DNA from: Mycobacterium haemophilum DSM 44634
GTDB taxonomy: Bacteria > Actinomycetota > Actinomycetes > Mycobacteriales > Mycobacteriaceae
Reading direction: 5' to 3'
Assembly (NCBI RefSeq): GCF_000340435.2
Contig: NZ_CP011883.2
Span: 2,378,763 to 2,410,762 of the forward strand
Length of the DNA: 32,000 bases
The position numbers and the translations under genes are program-made. Positions 1 through 8,128 of the stretch are shown here, one piece after another. The stretch's first letter is position 1. The number at the start of each line of letters is the position of its first letter. The notes under the pieces are model-generated. The model worked only from the letters and a program-made list of their open reading frames with translations. It had not been told where the DNA came from and did no database searches.

Positions 1-457
1 CAGCCGCCGTCACCGGGAGGTCGTTGCTGGGACGGGAGTCGTCGAGCTGGCCCCGGTAGACAAGTCGACGCTCGCCATCGAAGACGAACGTATCGGGCGT
101 ACAGGCCGCGGCGAAGGCGCGGGCCACGTCCTGGGTCTCGTCGTAAAGATACGGAAAGGTCCAGCCGTGGCGACGGGCCTCGACAACCATCTGATCGGGT
201 CCGTCCTGCGGGTAAGTGATCACGTCATTGCTGGAGATACCGACCATCGCGACGCCTCGATCGGCGAGGTCCCGACCGAGTGCGGCCAGCCCAGCAGCGA
301 CGTGCTGGACGTATGGGCAGTGGTTACAGATAAACGTGACGACAAGCGCCCGGCCCGTGAGCCCGTCGAGGCTGATCATGGCGCCGGAGGCCGGCTCGAG
401 CAGCATGAACGGCGGCGCTGGCGTACCGAGGGCGAGCATGGTGGACTCGATGGCCAT
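1..457 (-). CDS. Thioredoxin-fold thiol-disulfide oxidoreductase (AhpC/TSA-TlpA-like thioredoxin family protein); 3' end runs off the window
   Basis: Open to the window edge, so absent from the supplied ORF track. Own reverse-strand translation from the ATG (complement of 455-457): MAIESTMLALGTPAPPFMLLEPASGAMISLDGLTGRALVVTFICNHCPYVQHVAAGLAALGRDLADRGVAMVGISSNDVITYPQDGPDQMVVEARRHGWTFPYLYDETQDVARAFAAACTPDTFVFDGERRLVYRGQLDDSRPSNDLPVTAA. Contains a CxxC motif (CNHC) and FPYLYDE / CTPDTFVFD blocks typical of this family. Alternative in-frame GTG at 518-520. Confidence 0.7.
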   Translation of the reverse strand, partial: MAIESTMLALGTPAPPFMLLEPASGAMISLDGLTGRALVVTFICNHCPYVQHVAAGLAALGRDLADRGVAMVGISSNDVITYPQDGPDQMVVEARRHGWTFPYLYDETQDVARAFAAACTPDTFVFDGERRLVYRGQLDDSRPSNDLPVTAA

Positions 458-663
458 ACCCGCCAGAATAGCCCCACAAGGCCGGCCTTCCTCACCGGTG
501 ATATCGCAAATGAAACTCACCCTATTGGTCGGTCGCGCGACGGCTTGCAAGTCGTCAACCGACCTGCCTTGAGCGCGATGGCCAGGACAATGAAAAGTGT
601 TGATACACAGCATGGTTAGCGATGCCGGGAGCGCGCGCCTTGAGCCGAGGCTGGAAAATTCGT

Positions 664-771
664 GCGCCCGCTTACGACATGTCAACCGCATACGCCTGCA
701 CAAAGGCCGCTATCGAAACGCTTACCCGTTACGTGGCAACGCAATACGGCCAGTACGGCGTAAAATTACGC
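664..771 (+). pseudogene. Isolated fragment of a short-chain dehydrogenase/reductase (catalytic YxxxK segment only)
   Basis: Part of ORF 622..876 reads APAYDMSTAYACTKAAIETLTRYVATQYGQYGVKLR. This matches the SDR active-site block (aYxasKaAi..ltr.lA.eyg..gIr). There is no Gly-rich NAD motif upstream and no SDR C-terminus downstream. Confidence 0.3.
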
Positions 772-803
772 ATGCAGCGCAGCGCAGCGCAGCGCGGCTC
801 AGA

Positions 804-1430
804 TCAGCTCGAGGCGCCGAGGACCTTGATCGCGAAGATGAGCGTGTCGCCCGGCCGGATTCCAGCACTGGGCTGACCGTCGGGGTAGCCATCCGCGGAG
901 GTCATGGCGACGGCGACCGTGGACCCGACCCTTTGTCCTGCGATGGCCTTCTGGAAGCCCGGCACGACTCCGTTAAGCGGAAAGTCAACCGGGGCGCCCC
1001 GTTGGTAGCTACTGTCGAATACGGACCCGTCACGTCCATTGACACCCATGTAGCAGACGGAAACCCTAGCCGTGCCCGGAACTACCGGTCCGTCTCCGGC
1101 GTGCAGCGTATGCACCTGGGTCTGGGTCACGCTGAACGGTGCCGTCACGTTCACACGCGGAGCTGTCGTGTCCGTGGATGCGGTGACCGCGATGCTGCCA
1201 GTGGTCCCGGCCAGCGTCCAGTCAGGGGTTCCGCTGTTCTGAGGAGTTGCTGTTGGGCACGAGCCGGCCGCGGTTGCTTTGCCCGATCCAGCGAGCGTGA
1301 GAACGGTTGCCGCGACACAAGCTGCGAGCACGACGGAGGAATACACCCAGGAAGGCTTCACGGCAGTCACGCTACAGCTACCTATGGCGTCGCCTACAGG
1401 TAGCCCGCCACCCACGGTCGCCATTGCCAA
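804..1430 (-). CDS. FKBP-type peptidyl-prolyl cis-trans isomerase, probably exported or lipoprotein
   Basis: C-terminal half VSVCYMGVNGRDGSVFDSSYQRGAPVDFPLNGVVPGFQKAIAGQRVGSTVAVAMTSADGYPDGQPSAGIRPGDTLIFAIKVLGAS matches the FKBP domain pattern (Y.G....G..FDsS..rg.P..f.l...vi.G....i.G..vG). N-terminal hydrophobic stretch with a lipobox-like LAAC. The true start may be an internal GTG (VKPSW...). Confidence 0.8.
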   Translation of the reverse strand: MAMATVGGGLPVGDAIGSCSVTAVKPSWVYSSVVLAACVAATVLTLAGSGKATAAGSCPTATPQNSGTPDWTLAGTTGSIAVTASTDTTAPRVNVTAPFSVTQTQVHTLHAGDGPVVPGTARVSVCYMGVNGRDGSVFDSSYQRGAPVDFPLNGVVPGFQKAIAGQRVGSTVAVAMTSADGYPDGQPSAGIRPGDTLIFAIKVLGASS

Positions 1431-1586
1431 CGCACCGCGGACGAGCCGATCTGCAATAGATCGACACGCCTTATCGCTATCTTAAGATTCTCTTATTTTT
1501 CTTATTTTTGGTGTAGGGTCGCTCGTCATGAGCTTGAGCAGCCTTTGCGTCGGGTCAGTGACCATCCGCACTGGAAAGGGTCTGGT

Positions 1587-3017
1587 GTGAAAGAAATCGG
1601 TGAGCACGCTGTTGTGCTGGGTGCCGGGATGGCTGGTCTGGTTGCCGCTGGGGCGCTTTCAGAGTTCTACGACTCGGTCACGGTGGTGGAGCGCGACACG
1701 TTGCCCGATCGTCCTGCCCATCGCAGGGGCATCCCGCAGGGACGTCACGTACACATGTTGCTCAGCCGCGGCAGCCATGTGCTGGGTGAATTGTTTCCCG
1801 GGCTGCCGCATGAGCTGGCCGCTGCGGGAGCTGTCGTCATCGATGACGGGGACTTGTCACGGGTGTATGTGCGCAGCGGTCCCTACGAGTTGAAGCAGTC
1901 GGGCACACTTGCTGATCCGGCGGCGTTGGCGGTGTATCTCGCCAGCCGGCCGTTCCTAGAGTTTCACGTGCGCCGACGTGTCGCAGCCCTGGCTAACGTG
2001 AATTTTCTTGACGGACACAACGTGGTCGAACCGCTCGCCGCGAACGACTCCATCCTCGGAGTTCGAATCATCAACCGCGACAACGGCGTAGTCACCGCCC
2101 TTGATGCCGATCTAGTAGTCGATGCCACAGGCCGGAACGCGTGCACCCCAGCGTTTTTGGAAGACCTGGGATATGGCCGCCCACCCGAGGAGCGCTCCGC
2201 GGTCAACGTCGGCTATTCGAGCCAGCCGTTGAGCATCCCCGAAGGGTGCATCGTCGAACGGCTGGCACTGTTCAATCGAGGGATCGACAGGCACCGGGGC
2301 CTGCTGATGGCCTGCGAGCACGACACTTGGATGCTGGCGATCGGCCGCAGCGCCGCGGCGGGCCGGCCACCGGCCGACTTGGCCGAGATGCTCACGCTAG
2401 CAGCACAATCATTGCCGGCGCCGATCATGGCCGGGCTGCGCAACGCCCAACCCCTCGGACAGAGCGTGATCCTCCGCAACACCGCAGCCATATGGCGTCG
2501 TTTCGATCAGATACCGAGATTCCCATCGGGTCTCGTGGTGATCGGGGATGCGTTATGCAGCCTGGACCCCAGCTACGGACAAGGCATGACGATGGCCACC
2601 CTGCAGGCCCTGACATTACGCGACTGCCTGAACTATGGTCATCGCGATGTGGCGCAACGCTTCTTTCACGCTGCGGCGCGACAAATTGGTCCGACCTGGA
2701 CAGCGAACCAAGTCCGCGACCGCATCCTTGCCCCTGTCCCAAAGCCGCGCTCGATGCGGCAGCGGGCCATGCGGTGGTCAACGCAGGCTGCGCTGAACGC
2801 CACGGCGAACGACACCGTCCTGGCCGAACGCTTCTTGCGGGTGCTGAATCTCGTTGATTCGTCTGAACGGCTACAAGACCCCCGGCTGTTGCCTCGCGTC
2901 CTGGCGGCCAACGTGCGTTATCGCAGGACTCGGCCAGGTGCCCAAACCGGTAGTCAATGGGTGGAGCACCCAGCCGCGTTGCTTGGCGAGCACGAAAGGA
3001 CAAATAGTCATGATTGA
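1587..3017 (+). CDS. FAD-dependent oxidoreductase/monooxygenase (group A flavoprotein-like)
   Basis: Rossmann dinucleotide motif [29 protein letters not shown] at the N-terminus and [18 protein letters not shown] (the GD....P..GqG motif of flavoprotein hydroxylases). Start taken as GTG 1587, preceded by GGAAAGG (1572-1578). The track's upstream extension from 1545 is unnecessary. Confidence 0.75.
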   Translation: MKEIGEHAVVLGAGMAGLVAAGALSEFYDSVTVVERDTLPDRPAHRRGIPQGRHVHMLLSRGSHVLGELFPGLPHELAAAGAVVIDDGDLSRVYVRSGPYELKQSGTLADPAALAVYLASRPFLEFHVRRRVAALANVNFLDGHNVVEPLAANDSILGVRIINRDNGVVTALDADLVVDATGRNACTPAFLEDLGYGRPPEERSAVNVGYSSQPLSIPEGCIVERLALFNRGIDRHRGLLMACEHDTWMLAIGRSAAAGRPPADLAEMLTLAAQSLPAPIMAGLRNAQPLGQSVILRNTAAIWRRFDQIPRFPSGLVVIGDALCSLDPSYGQGMTMATLQALTLRDCLNYGHRDVAQRFFHAAARQIGPTWTANQVRDRILAPVPKPRSMRQRAMRWSTQAALNATANDTVLAERFLRVLNLVDSSERLQDPRLLPRVLAANVRYRRTRPGAQTGSQWVEHPAALLGEHERTNSHD

Positions 3018-4089
3018 TAAAATATTTGACGAACTCCTGTCCGCGATCACAACGAAAGCGCTACGCGGCGATCCTGTGGACCGCGACGAGTTATTGGCGG
3101 TGTTGGCCAGCACCGACGATGACCTGCTCGACGTGATCGCCGCAGCCGGTCGAGTGCGGCGCATGTTCTTCGGCCGCCGAGTCAAACTCAACTACCTGGT
3201 GAACATGAAATCCGGTATGTGTCCTGAAGATTGCGGTTATTGCTCGCAACGGCTCGGATCGACCGCCGAAATCCTCAAGTACTCATGGATCGACACCGAT
3301 GAAGCCGCCCAGCACGCGCGAAGCGCGATCAATGCCGGCGCTAAACGCGTCTGCCTGGTAGCCGCCGGCCGCGGGCCGGGCGATCGTGATATCGAACGCA
3401 TTGCCGAGACTGTCGCTGCAATCAAAGGTTCCGCCCCGCAAGTGGAGGTGTGTGTCTGCCTGGGGCTGCTCAAACAGGGGCAAGCTGACCGGCTTCGGCA
3501 GGCCGGCACCGATGCGTACAACCACAACTTGAACACCAGCGCTGAGAACTACGCCCGGATCTGCTCGACTCACACCTTCAGCGATCGGGCGGACACGGTC
3601 GCCGCCGCGAAAGCGGCCGGGCTGTCTCCGTGTTCGGGTGCCATCGTCGGAATGGGTGAATCCGATGAGGACATCGTTGATGTCGTTTTGGCTTTGCGCG
3701 AGCTCCGACCGGACTCGGTGCCGGTGAACTTCCTCATCCCTTTCCAAGGCACGCCGCTGGGCGGGCATTGGGAGCTGACTCCGCAGCGCTGCCTGCGCAT
3801 CCTGGCGATGTTCCGGTTCGCCTTCCCTGACGTCGAAGTCCGCGTCGCCGGCGGCCGCGAGATACACCTGCGCACCCTGCAACCGCTGGCTTTGCACCTC
3901 GCGAATTCGATCTTTCTCGGGGACTACCTCACCAGCCAAGGACAACCCGGCCGCGCCGACCGGGAGATGATCGCCGACGCCGGCTTCGTAATCGAAGGCT
4001 TCGACCAGCCGACCCAGTCAGCGCGCCCCCGCGACCTCGTCATCACCCGCCACCGCGGCGCAGGTACCACCGCACCCGCCAACACCTAG
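3010..4089 (+). CDS. bioB: Biotin synthase family radical SAM enzyme (BioB-like; paralogue status unknown)
   Basis: CxxxCxxC radical SAM motif CPEDCGYC (Cys codons 3220-3243). BioB signature blocks present: [64 protein letters not shown] 3010 overlaps the upstream gene's stop (3015-3017) by 8 nt. The track ORF from 2854 is an in-frame upstream extension. Confidence 0.85.
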   Translation: MIDKIFDELLSAITTKALRGDPVDRDELLAVLASTDDDLLDVIAAAGRVRRMFFGRRVKLNYLVNMKSGMCPEDCGYCSQRLGSTAEILKYSWIDTDEAAQHARSAINAGAKRVCLVAAGRGPGDRDIERIAETVAAIKGSAPQVEVCVCLGLLKQGQADRLRQAGTDAYNHNLNTSAENYARICSTHTFSDRADTVAAAKAAGLSPCSGAIVGMGESDEDIVDVVLALRELRPDSVPVNFLIPFQGTPLGGHWELTPQRCLRILAMFRFAFPDVEVRVAGGREIHLRTLQPLALHLANSIFLGDYLTSQGQPGRADREMIADAGFVIEGFDQPTQSARPRDLVITRHRGAGTTAPANT

Positions 4090-4123
4090 AGCGTCGATAT
4101 TTCCGCAACGAGAGGTCAACGAC

Positions 4124-4900
4124 ATGCCCGACACTGAAGTCGACGACGAACCAGATGGGGTCGTCCTCGAAGTACAGCGCGACCGAACGCCACGACTGCT
4201 GCCAACCTCCGACGCGGCGGCGGCGTACCGCCTCGTCTACGGACGTGTCGACGCGCTGCTGCGCGGCCGCGCTGAGATCGCCGAATTCGCAGTGCCGGCC
4301 TGTCCCGCCTGGACCGTCCGCCAGACGGTTGCCCACCTTGCCGGCGTCGCACACGACATCATTTCACTAAACCTGGAGGCAGTGGGCACCGACTCCTGGA
4401 CCCAGGCGCAAGTCGATCGCCTCGGCGGGAACAACATCGACGAGTTACTCGACCTGTGGGGACAGACGATCGACCCTGTGACGGCGAGGCTCGGTCTGGG
4501 CCCCAAAGGATCCGAATGCCAGCTTGTCTTCGATGCCCTCACCCATGAGCACGACATCCGCGGCGCACTGTGTAAACCGTATTCCCGCACAGGCGATCTC
4601 CCGTTCGAGGTCACCATGGGATTCTTGACGACAACGGGCGACCAGATCATCCGGCAAACTGGGCTGCCGGCGCTCCGGTTGATCACCCCGACGATCGGAT
4701 CCGTACAACTCGGCGACCCGCACACGGCACAAAGTCACGTCACCCTTAGCGTTTCGGATTTCGAGGCGCTGCGCGCCTTCGGAGGACGACGCAGTGTCCG
4801 CCAATTGTTGGCGCTGCCCTGGCAGGGAGATCCGACAAACCTGTTGCCTGTCTTCAGCAACAACGCCATACGACCACCAAACGACGACCTTGTCGAATGA
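4124..4900 (+). CDS. DinB-like / mycothiol-dependent maleylpyruvate isomerase N-terminal domain family protein (actinobacterial TIGR03083-type)
   Basis: N-terminal VPACPAWTVRQTVAHLAGVAHD block is typical of the actinobacterial DinB/MDMPI_N family. GAGAGG (4110-4115) lies 8 nt upstream of ATG 4124. Confidence 0.65.
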   Translation: MPDTEVDDEPDGVVLEVQRDRTPRLLPTSDAAAAYRLVYGRVDALLRGRAEIAEFAVPACPAWTVRQTVAHLAGVAHDIISLNLEAVGTDSWTQAQVDRLGGNNIDELLDLWGQTIDPVTARLGLGPKGSECQLVFDALTHEHDIRGALCKPYSRTGDLPFEVTMGFLTTTGDQIIRQTGLPALRLITPTIGSVQLGDPHTAQSHVTLSVSDFEALRAFGGRRSVRQLLALPWQGDPTNLLPVFSNNAIRPPNDDLVE

Positions 4901-4994
4901 TCATCAACGCATCCATAAAGCGGCAGCATAGTCTGCTCGCGCACGCCAGGTCGCGTGGTTGACGCCTGGCGGTCTGGGGGGTCGCACCACTCAT

Positions 4995-5125
4995 CGAGGC
5001 CCGATTGGTCGCGACCCCCGCCCAGTCGGTATGGCTGATCTCCTAATCGCCACCCTCGCCGATGCCCATGATGTGGCCCTGATCCACTATCTGAGTGTCA
5101 CGCGAAATCCCTTGGCACGCAATGC
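4995..5125 (+). pseudogene. C-terminal remnant of a PIN-domain VapC toxin
   Basis: ORF 4959..5276 contains RGPIGRDPRPVGMADLLIATLADAHDVALIHYLSVTRNP. This resembles the VapC C-terminal block (G..i...DllIAA.A..h...LvTrN). No PIN N-terminus and no antitoxin lie upstream, because the previous gene ends at 4900. Confidence 0.3.
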
Positions 5126-5331
5126 AGTATCGCGAGACGCTTCGACTGAATCCAGGTTCACTGCCGAACGCCAGGGGACCGAGTCGGCATCGGGTTCAAG
5201 GACAACCTCGCTACCAATCCGAGGATCGGCGTGCAGGCGTCCACTGTTGCGCCCCGTGCCGCCAAGGTCCCCATAATGAGTTTTCGGCGACCGTACACTG
5301 GCAAAACGCCCGCCCGCGTGTCTCATCGGAC

Positions 5332-5337
5332 TACGAT
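5332..5337 (+). promoter_or_regulatory. -10-like hexamer TACGAT exactly 6 nt upstream of GTG 5344 (leaderless-type promoter geometry)
   Basis: TACGAT fits the mycobacterial TANNNT -10 consensus. The 6-nt gap places the predicted transcription start on the GTG. The same geometry is seen at three TA operons in this window. Confidence 0.3.
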
Positions 5338-5343
5338 GTCGCC

Positions 5344-6204
5344 GTGGCCGATGTAACGGTGGCAATATTTTCGTTCACGAGGAACGAAGCGACCGCCGTA
5401 ACGGAGTTGCTGACGCGCCTTTACATCGACCTACCGGTCTTCGGAACAACGATCTGGACGCCAACCAAGCTGGGGGTAGAGGCAGTAGAGGGCTGCCTGT
5501 CTGACGGCCGGACTGCCAGAGTGGAGCACCATCCCCTGAGTGCCCAGGGGAACGTCGTTGCAGCGGCGGCTCTCAGCAGATCAACCCGAGAGAACCGAGC
5601 CGACTACTACGTCTTCTATGGCTGCTGCGGAACAGTCGACTCGAAGCTGGTGGGTCAGGTGTTTCGGGCCGAAAGGGTGTCATACCTGTCATTGGGGGTG
5701 GTCGCCGCCTCAGCCGACGGCGAAGTCGTCAAGCTAAAAAACAAATGGATCGTCCGTACTCAACCTAACGAACAGGCCCCGCTTGACGCGATTGAGATGC
5801 GAGCCGGGTCAGCAGGTGCTCCGGGTTCTGTGTGGGGGCTGGATCTTCCCGACGCCCACGTTCTTGCAACCGACAAGGTGATCAAGGTCGGGCCAGGTGT
5901 CGCGCCAATGCCAATACATACGCCATCCAGCGGTCCCATCTACGCCAAGGGAGACTGGACGTACTCGCTGGCGCTTGCCCTGTACTCCCGAATGGCGACT
6001 AAGCCCGTACTCGTCGACATGGAGTCCTTCGGTATTGCTTCCACAATGCGCGCTTTGGGCTTGTGTGAGCGCGTACTCGTCCTGCGCGTTGCAACAGACT
6101 CCTTAAGCGATAAGGCGGATCAAAGCGATCTGGATCAACTCGACTTCCTAAGAGCGGGTTTGGCCGAGCTGGCTGCTGCGATAGCTACTATCCTGGGGAT
6201 CTAA
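5344..6204 (+). CDS. Nucleoside phosphorylase/nucleosidase superfamily (PNP_UDP_1-like fold) protein
   Basis: VTVAIFSFTRNEA (first beta strand plus acidic residue, as in MTA/SAH nucleosidases). SAQGNVVAAAALSRSTRENRADYYVFYGCCGTVDSKLVGQVFRAERVSY (GxGxvxAA ... GxxG ... vGdv core). C-terminal VLVDMESFGIASTMRALG...VLVLRVATDSLSD ((D/E)ME and [ST]D catalytic blocks). Start chosen at GTG 5344; the track's 5095 start adds an Arg/Pro-rich, non-homologous extension. Many A/T-ending codons. Confidence 0.6.
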   Translation: MADVTVAIFSFTRNEATAVTELLTRLYIDLPVFGTTIWTPTKLGVEAVEGCLSDGRTARVEHHPLSAQGNVVAAAALSRSTRENRADYYVFYGCCGTVDSKLVGQVFRAERVSYLSLGVVAASADGEVVKLKNKWIVRTQPNEQAPLDAIEMRAGSAGAPGSVWGLDLPDAHVLATDKVIKVGPGVAPMPIHTPSSGPIYAKGDWTYSLALALYSRMATKPVLVDMESFGIASTMRALGLCERVLVLRVATDSLSDKADQSDLDQLDFLRAGLAELAAAIATILGI

Positions 6205-7139
6205 TGACGCCGGAGCGGAAACCGCGGATCCTCGAGGACGAGGTGCGTAGATTACGCGCCGGCATTGTGTGGTCCGCGCCTTCGACGCGTGACCCACGGG
6301 AAGCGGAAATGGTTCGTGTTGTGTCGGCCGCGTCCCTAGCGTGGGACGGTCAGGTGGACCGGGTCGACCGTTTCTCGCGTCCGCTGCTGCCATCCGGCAC
6401 CCCGACTGAAGAGCGAGCCAACCCGGCAGTGACCGCACAGCTGTTCTTGGCACAGGTAGCTTCCGACTATCGACGCGTGGCGTCATGCGAACTCGACCTC
6501 CGCGAGGTGGAAGCTCGGCGGAATTCAGATCAGGGCGCGATGGCCCTAGAGCGTGCCGGTGTGGTAAGCCGGCCAGTGGCGCCGCTAGCTGTCGGGCAAT
6601 ACCTTGCGGCTCACGAATGTGCCGCGGATGCGGACCTGGAGAGCGTGTTGGTGCCATGGATGTCGTCTGCGGGGGATGCAGATCTCGAGTCGCAATGCGC
6701 TGCGGCATTCGGCGATGTGCTCGGCCCCTTGGTACAGGTCGCACTGGACGAGTCGCATGACCACACTCAGCTGGTGCTGCCCAGTTGGTCTAGCCATATG
6801 GGAGATGCATGGTGCATAGAGTTCCTTGCAGCAGGGGCTCAGATTCTGAAACGTCCCGCCTTGCTTAGCTCTTCACACATAGAAGGGGAAGTGATCATCT
6901 CTTCCCGCGACGGCTTAGTCGACGTGACGCAGACCATAAACAATGTCGTTGCACTCGCAGAAGCCTTCCGCCCTGTGCAAGATGTGAGAGTCAGTGCCGC
7001 TGAGAACAGAAGCAAACCGAAGATCGACCTTGTTCTGTCGGGCGATCGGCTCAGACCAGACGAGCTCAATCTGTTCCTGAGTAGTGTGCAAGACATACCC
7101 GCCGATGTAATGATCCTGGCCAACGTTGCGGATAACTAG
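6204..7139 (+). CDS. Hypothetical 311-aa protein, no recognisable domain; translationally coupled to the PNP-like gene
   Basis: ATG 6204 shares its A with the upstream TAA (TAATG at 6202-6206). Amino-acid composition is normal (A/L/V/D/E rich). The opposite-strand ORF 6148..6744 is a Pro/Arg-rich shadow. Internal duplicated DADLES peptide (AADADLES...GDADLES). Rare codons AGA, ATA, TTA, AGT, TCT occur, and the 3' third is visibly AT-richer. Confidence 0.6.
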   Translation: MTPERKPRILEDEVRRLRAGIVWSAPSTRDPREAEMVRVVSAASLAWDGQVDRVDRFSRPLLPSGTPTEERANPAVTAQLFLAQVASDYRRVASCELDLREVEARRNSDQGAMALERAGVVSRPVAPLAVGQYLAAHECAADADLESVLVPWMSSAGDADLESQCAAAFGDVLGPLVQVALDESHDHTQLVLPSWSSHMGDAWCIEFLAAGAQILKRPALLSSSHIEGEVIISSRDGLVDVTQTINNVVALAEAFRPVQDVRVSAAENRSKPKIDLVLSGDRLRPDELNLFLSSVQDIPADVMILANVADN

Positions 7140-7284
7140 TTGCCGTTGCTGATTCGCAAGGCTAGATAGGCTCGTCCTTTACCGAAAACTTCACGCCATT
7201 GATGGCCAAGCGAGGGGCGTCCGTGGAACGCGAGTGCGCTTTGCGTCGACTTGCGCGCTATCGGTGTCTTCCGGACCTCCATGT

Positions 7285-7557
7285 ATGTGCGAGTTTGCTG
7301 GACCGAGATCGCACCACAAACCCCGTACCAGAAATGCTAGCGACCTCAAGGCGGCACTACGCGTGCGCGCCGCTGAGCACGGTCGCTCCATGGAATCCGA
7401 GGTGCGCGAGATCTTGCGTACCGTATTGGAGCGCCCGTCGAGTGGTCCGGGGATGGCTACACGGATTCGACAGCGGTTCTCCGACGTCGCCAGGGCCGCG
7501 GACCTTGAGCTGCCGAACCGAACTGATCGCCCACGAGCTGCGGAGTTTGGCGGGTGA
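7285..7557 (+). CDS. vapB: VapB-type antitoxin (ribbon-helix-helix, FitA/StbC-like) with atypical N-terminus, possibly degenerate
   Basis: TRNASDLKAALRVRAAEHGRSMESEVREILRTVL matches the (IRNL.de.k.aLr.RAa.hGrSmEeEvR.IL) antitoxin block. The usual M..L.IRN N-terminus is replaced by MCEFAGPRSHHKPRTRN. The stop TGA overlaps the GTG of the downstream PIN ORF (GTGA at 7554-7557). Confidence 0.55.
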   Translation: MCEFAGPRSHHKPRTRNASDLKAALRVRAAEHGRSMESEVREILRTVLERPSSGPGMATRIRQRFSDVARAADLELPNRTDRPRAAEFGG

Positions 7558-7960
7558 TTGTCCTCGACGCCAACGTCGTGTCGGAATTGATACGGAAGGC
7601 ACACCTGAGCCCCGCGTCATTAGTTGGGTTGACAGGTTTTCCGCCTCGGACGTACTGGTCACCGCCGTTACGGCGGCCGAGCTCAGGCATAGCTTTGCCC
7701 GGTTGCCGGAGGGGCGCCGCAAGCGGGAACTACACATCAAGATCGACGGACTACTAACAGCGGATTTCGAGGGCCAGATTCTGCCGTTTGATGCGCCGGC
7801 GGCGGCAACGCACTACGCGGAAATCGTTGCCTCCCGAGAACGTGCTGGACGTCCGATCAGAGTGCGGTCGACGTCGCGATACCGGCCGGCCGCGCCCAAG
7901 GGGTGGTGTACGAGACCGCTCGTTTGCTGGCGGCTGAACGACTCCACGCCCCCGATGAGG
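7554..7960 (+). pseudogene. vapC: vapC (PIN toxin) disrupted by at least one, probably two, frameshifts
   Basis: Frame of 7554 gives MIVLDANVVSELIRKA and then nonsense. From about 7600 the PIN sequence continues in the frame of ORF 7199..8059: PEPRVISWVDRFSASDVLVTAVTAAELRHSFARLPEGRRKRELHIKIDGLLTADFEGQILPFDAPAAATHYAEIVASRERAGRPI. After about 7860 the expected D.qIAAiA block appears only in a third frame (AVDVAIPAGRAQG). The LATRN..DF end is missing. Confidence 0.55.
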
Positions 7961-8128
7961 CTGGCGTGCCGGCTTTCCCCGTCCGCAAGTTCGCGTTCGG
8001 CCGGGCGATACATGGTCCAGGGTGGATCGAGGCTAAAATTTCATGACGGTTTCAGTTGAGCAAAGGTACTGCAGCTTACCCGCGTTGCGAGAGCCGATAT
8101 CACCTGTTTGGCTTTAGTGTTGGCAGCT

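Noticed and set aside
597-1403. 268-aa plus-strand ORF overlapping the FKBP gene
   Set aside because: Arg/Gly/His/Cys-rich, low-complexity translation typical of a shadow ORF in high-GC DNA. The opposite strand encodes a recognisable FKBP domain.
2141-3003. Long ORFs in alternative frames or strand inside the FAD-oxidoreductase gene (2141..2857 +, 2425..3003 -)
   Set aside because: Arg/Pro/Gly-rich shadow ORFs. The 1587..3017 frame carries genuine flavoprotein motifs.
2854-3009. Upstream extension of the BioB-like ORF
   Set aside because: It overlaps the preceding gene's coding frame and has no BioB similarity. ATG 3010 gives a normal-length protein with a coupled start.
5095-5343. N-terminal 83-aa extension of the PNP-like ORF
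   Set aside because: Arg/Pro/Gln-rich with no fold-related sequence. The family's first beta strand begins right after GTG 5344, which also has a leaderless-type -10 element.
6148-6744. 198-aa reverse-strand ORF overlapping gene 2 of the PNP-like operon
   Set aside because: Extremely Pro/Arg-rich shadow ORF. The plus-strand frame has normal composition and a coupled start.
7199-8059. 286-aa ORF spanning the vapBC region as a single gene
   Set aside because: Only its middle part (about 7600-7860) is PIN-domain sequence. The rest is out-of-frame read-through of vapB and downstream DNA. Interpreted as one frame of a frameshifted vapC.
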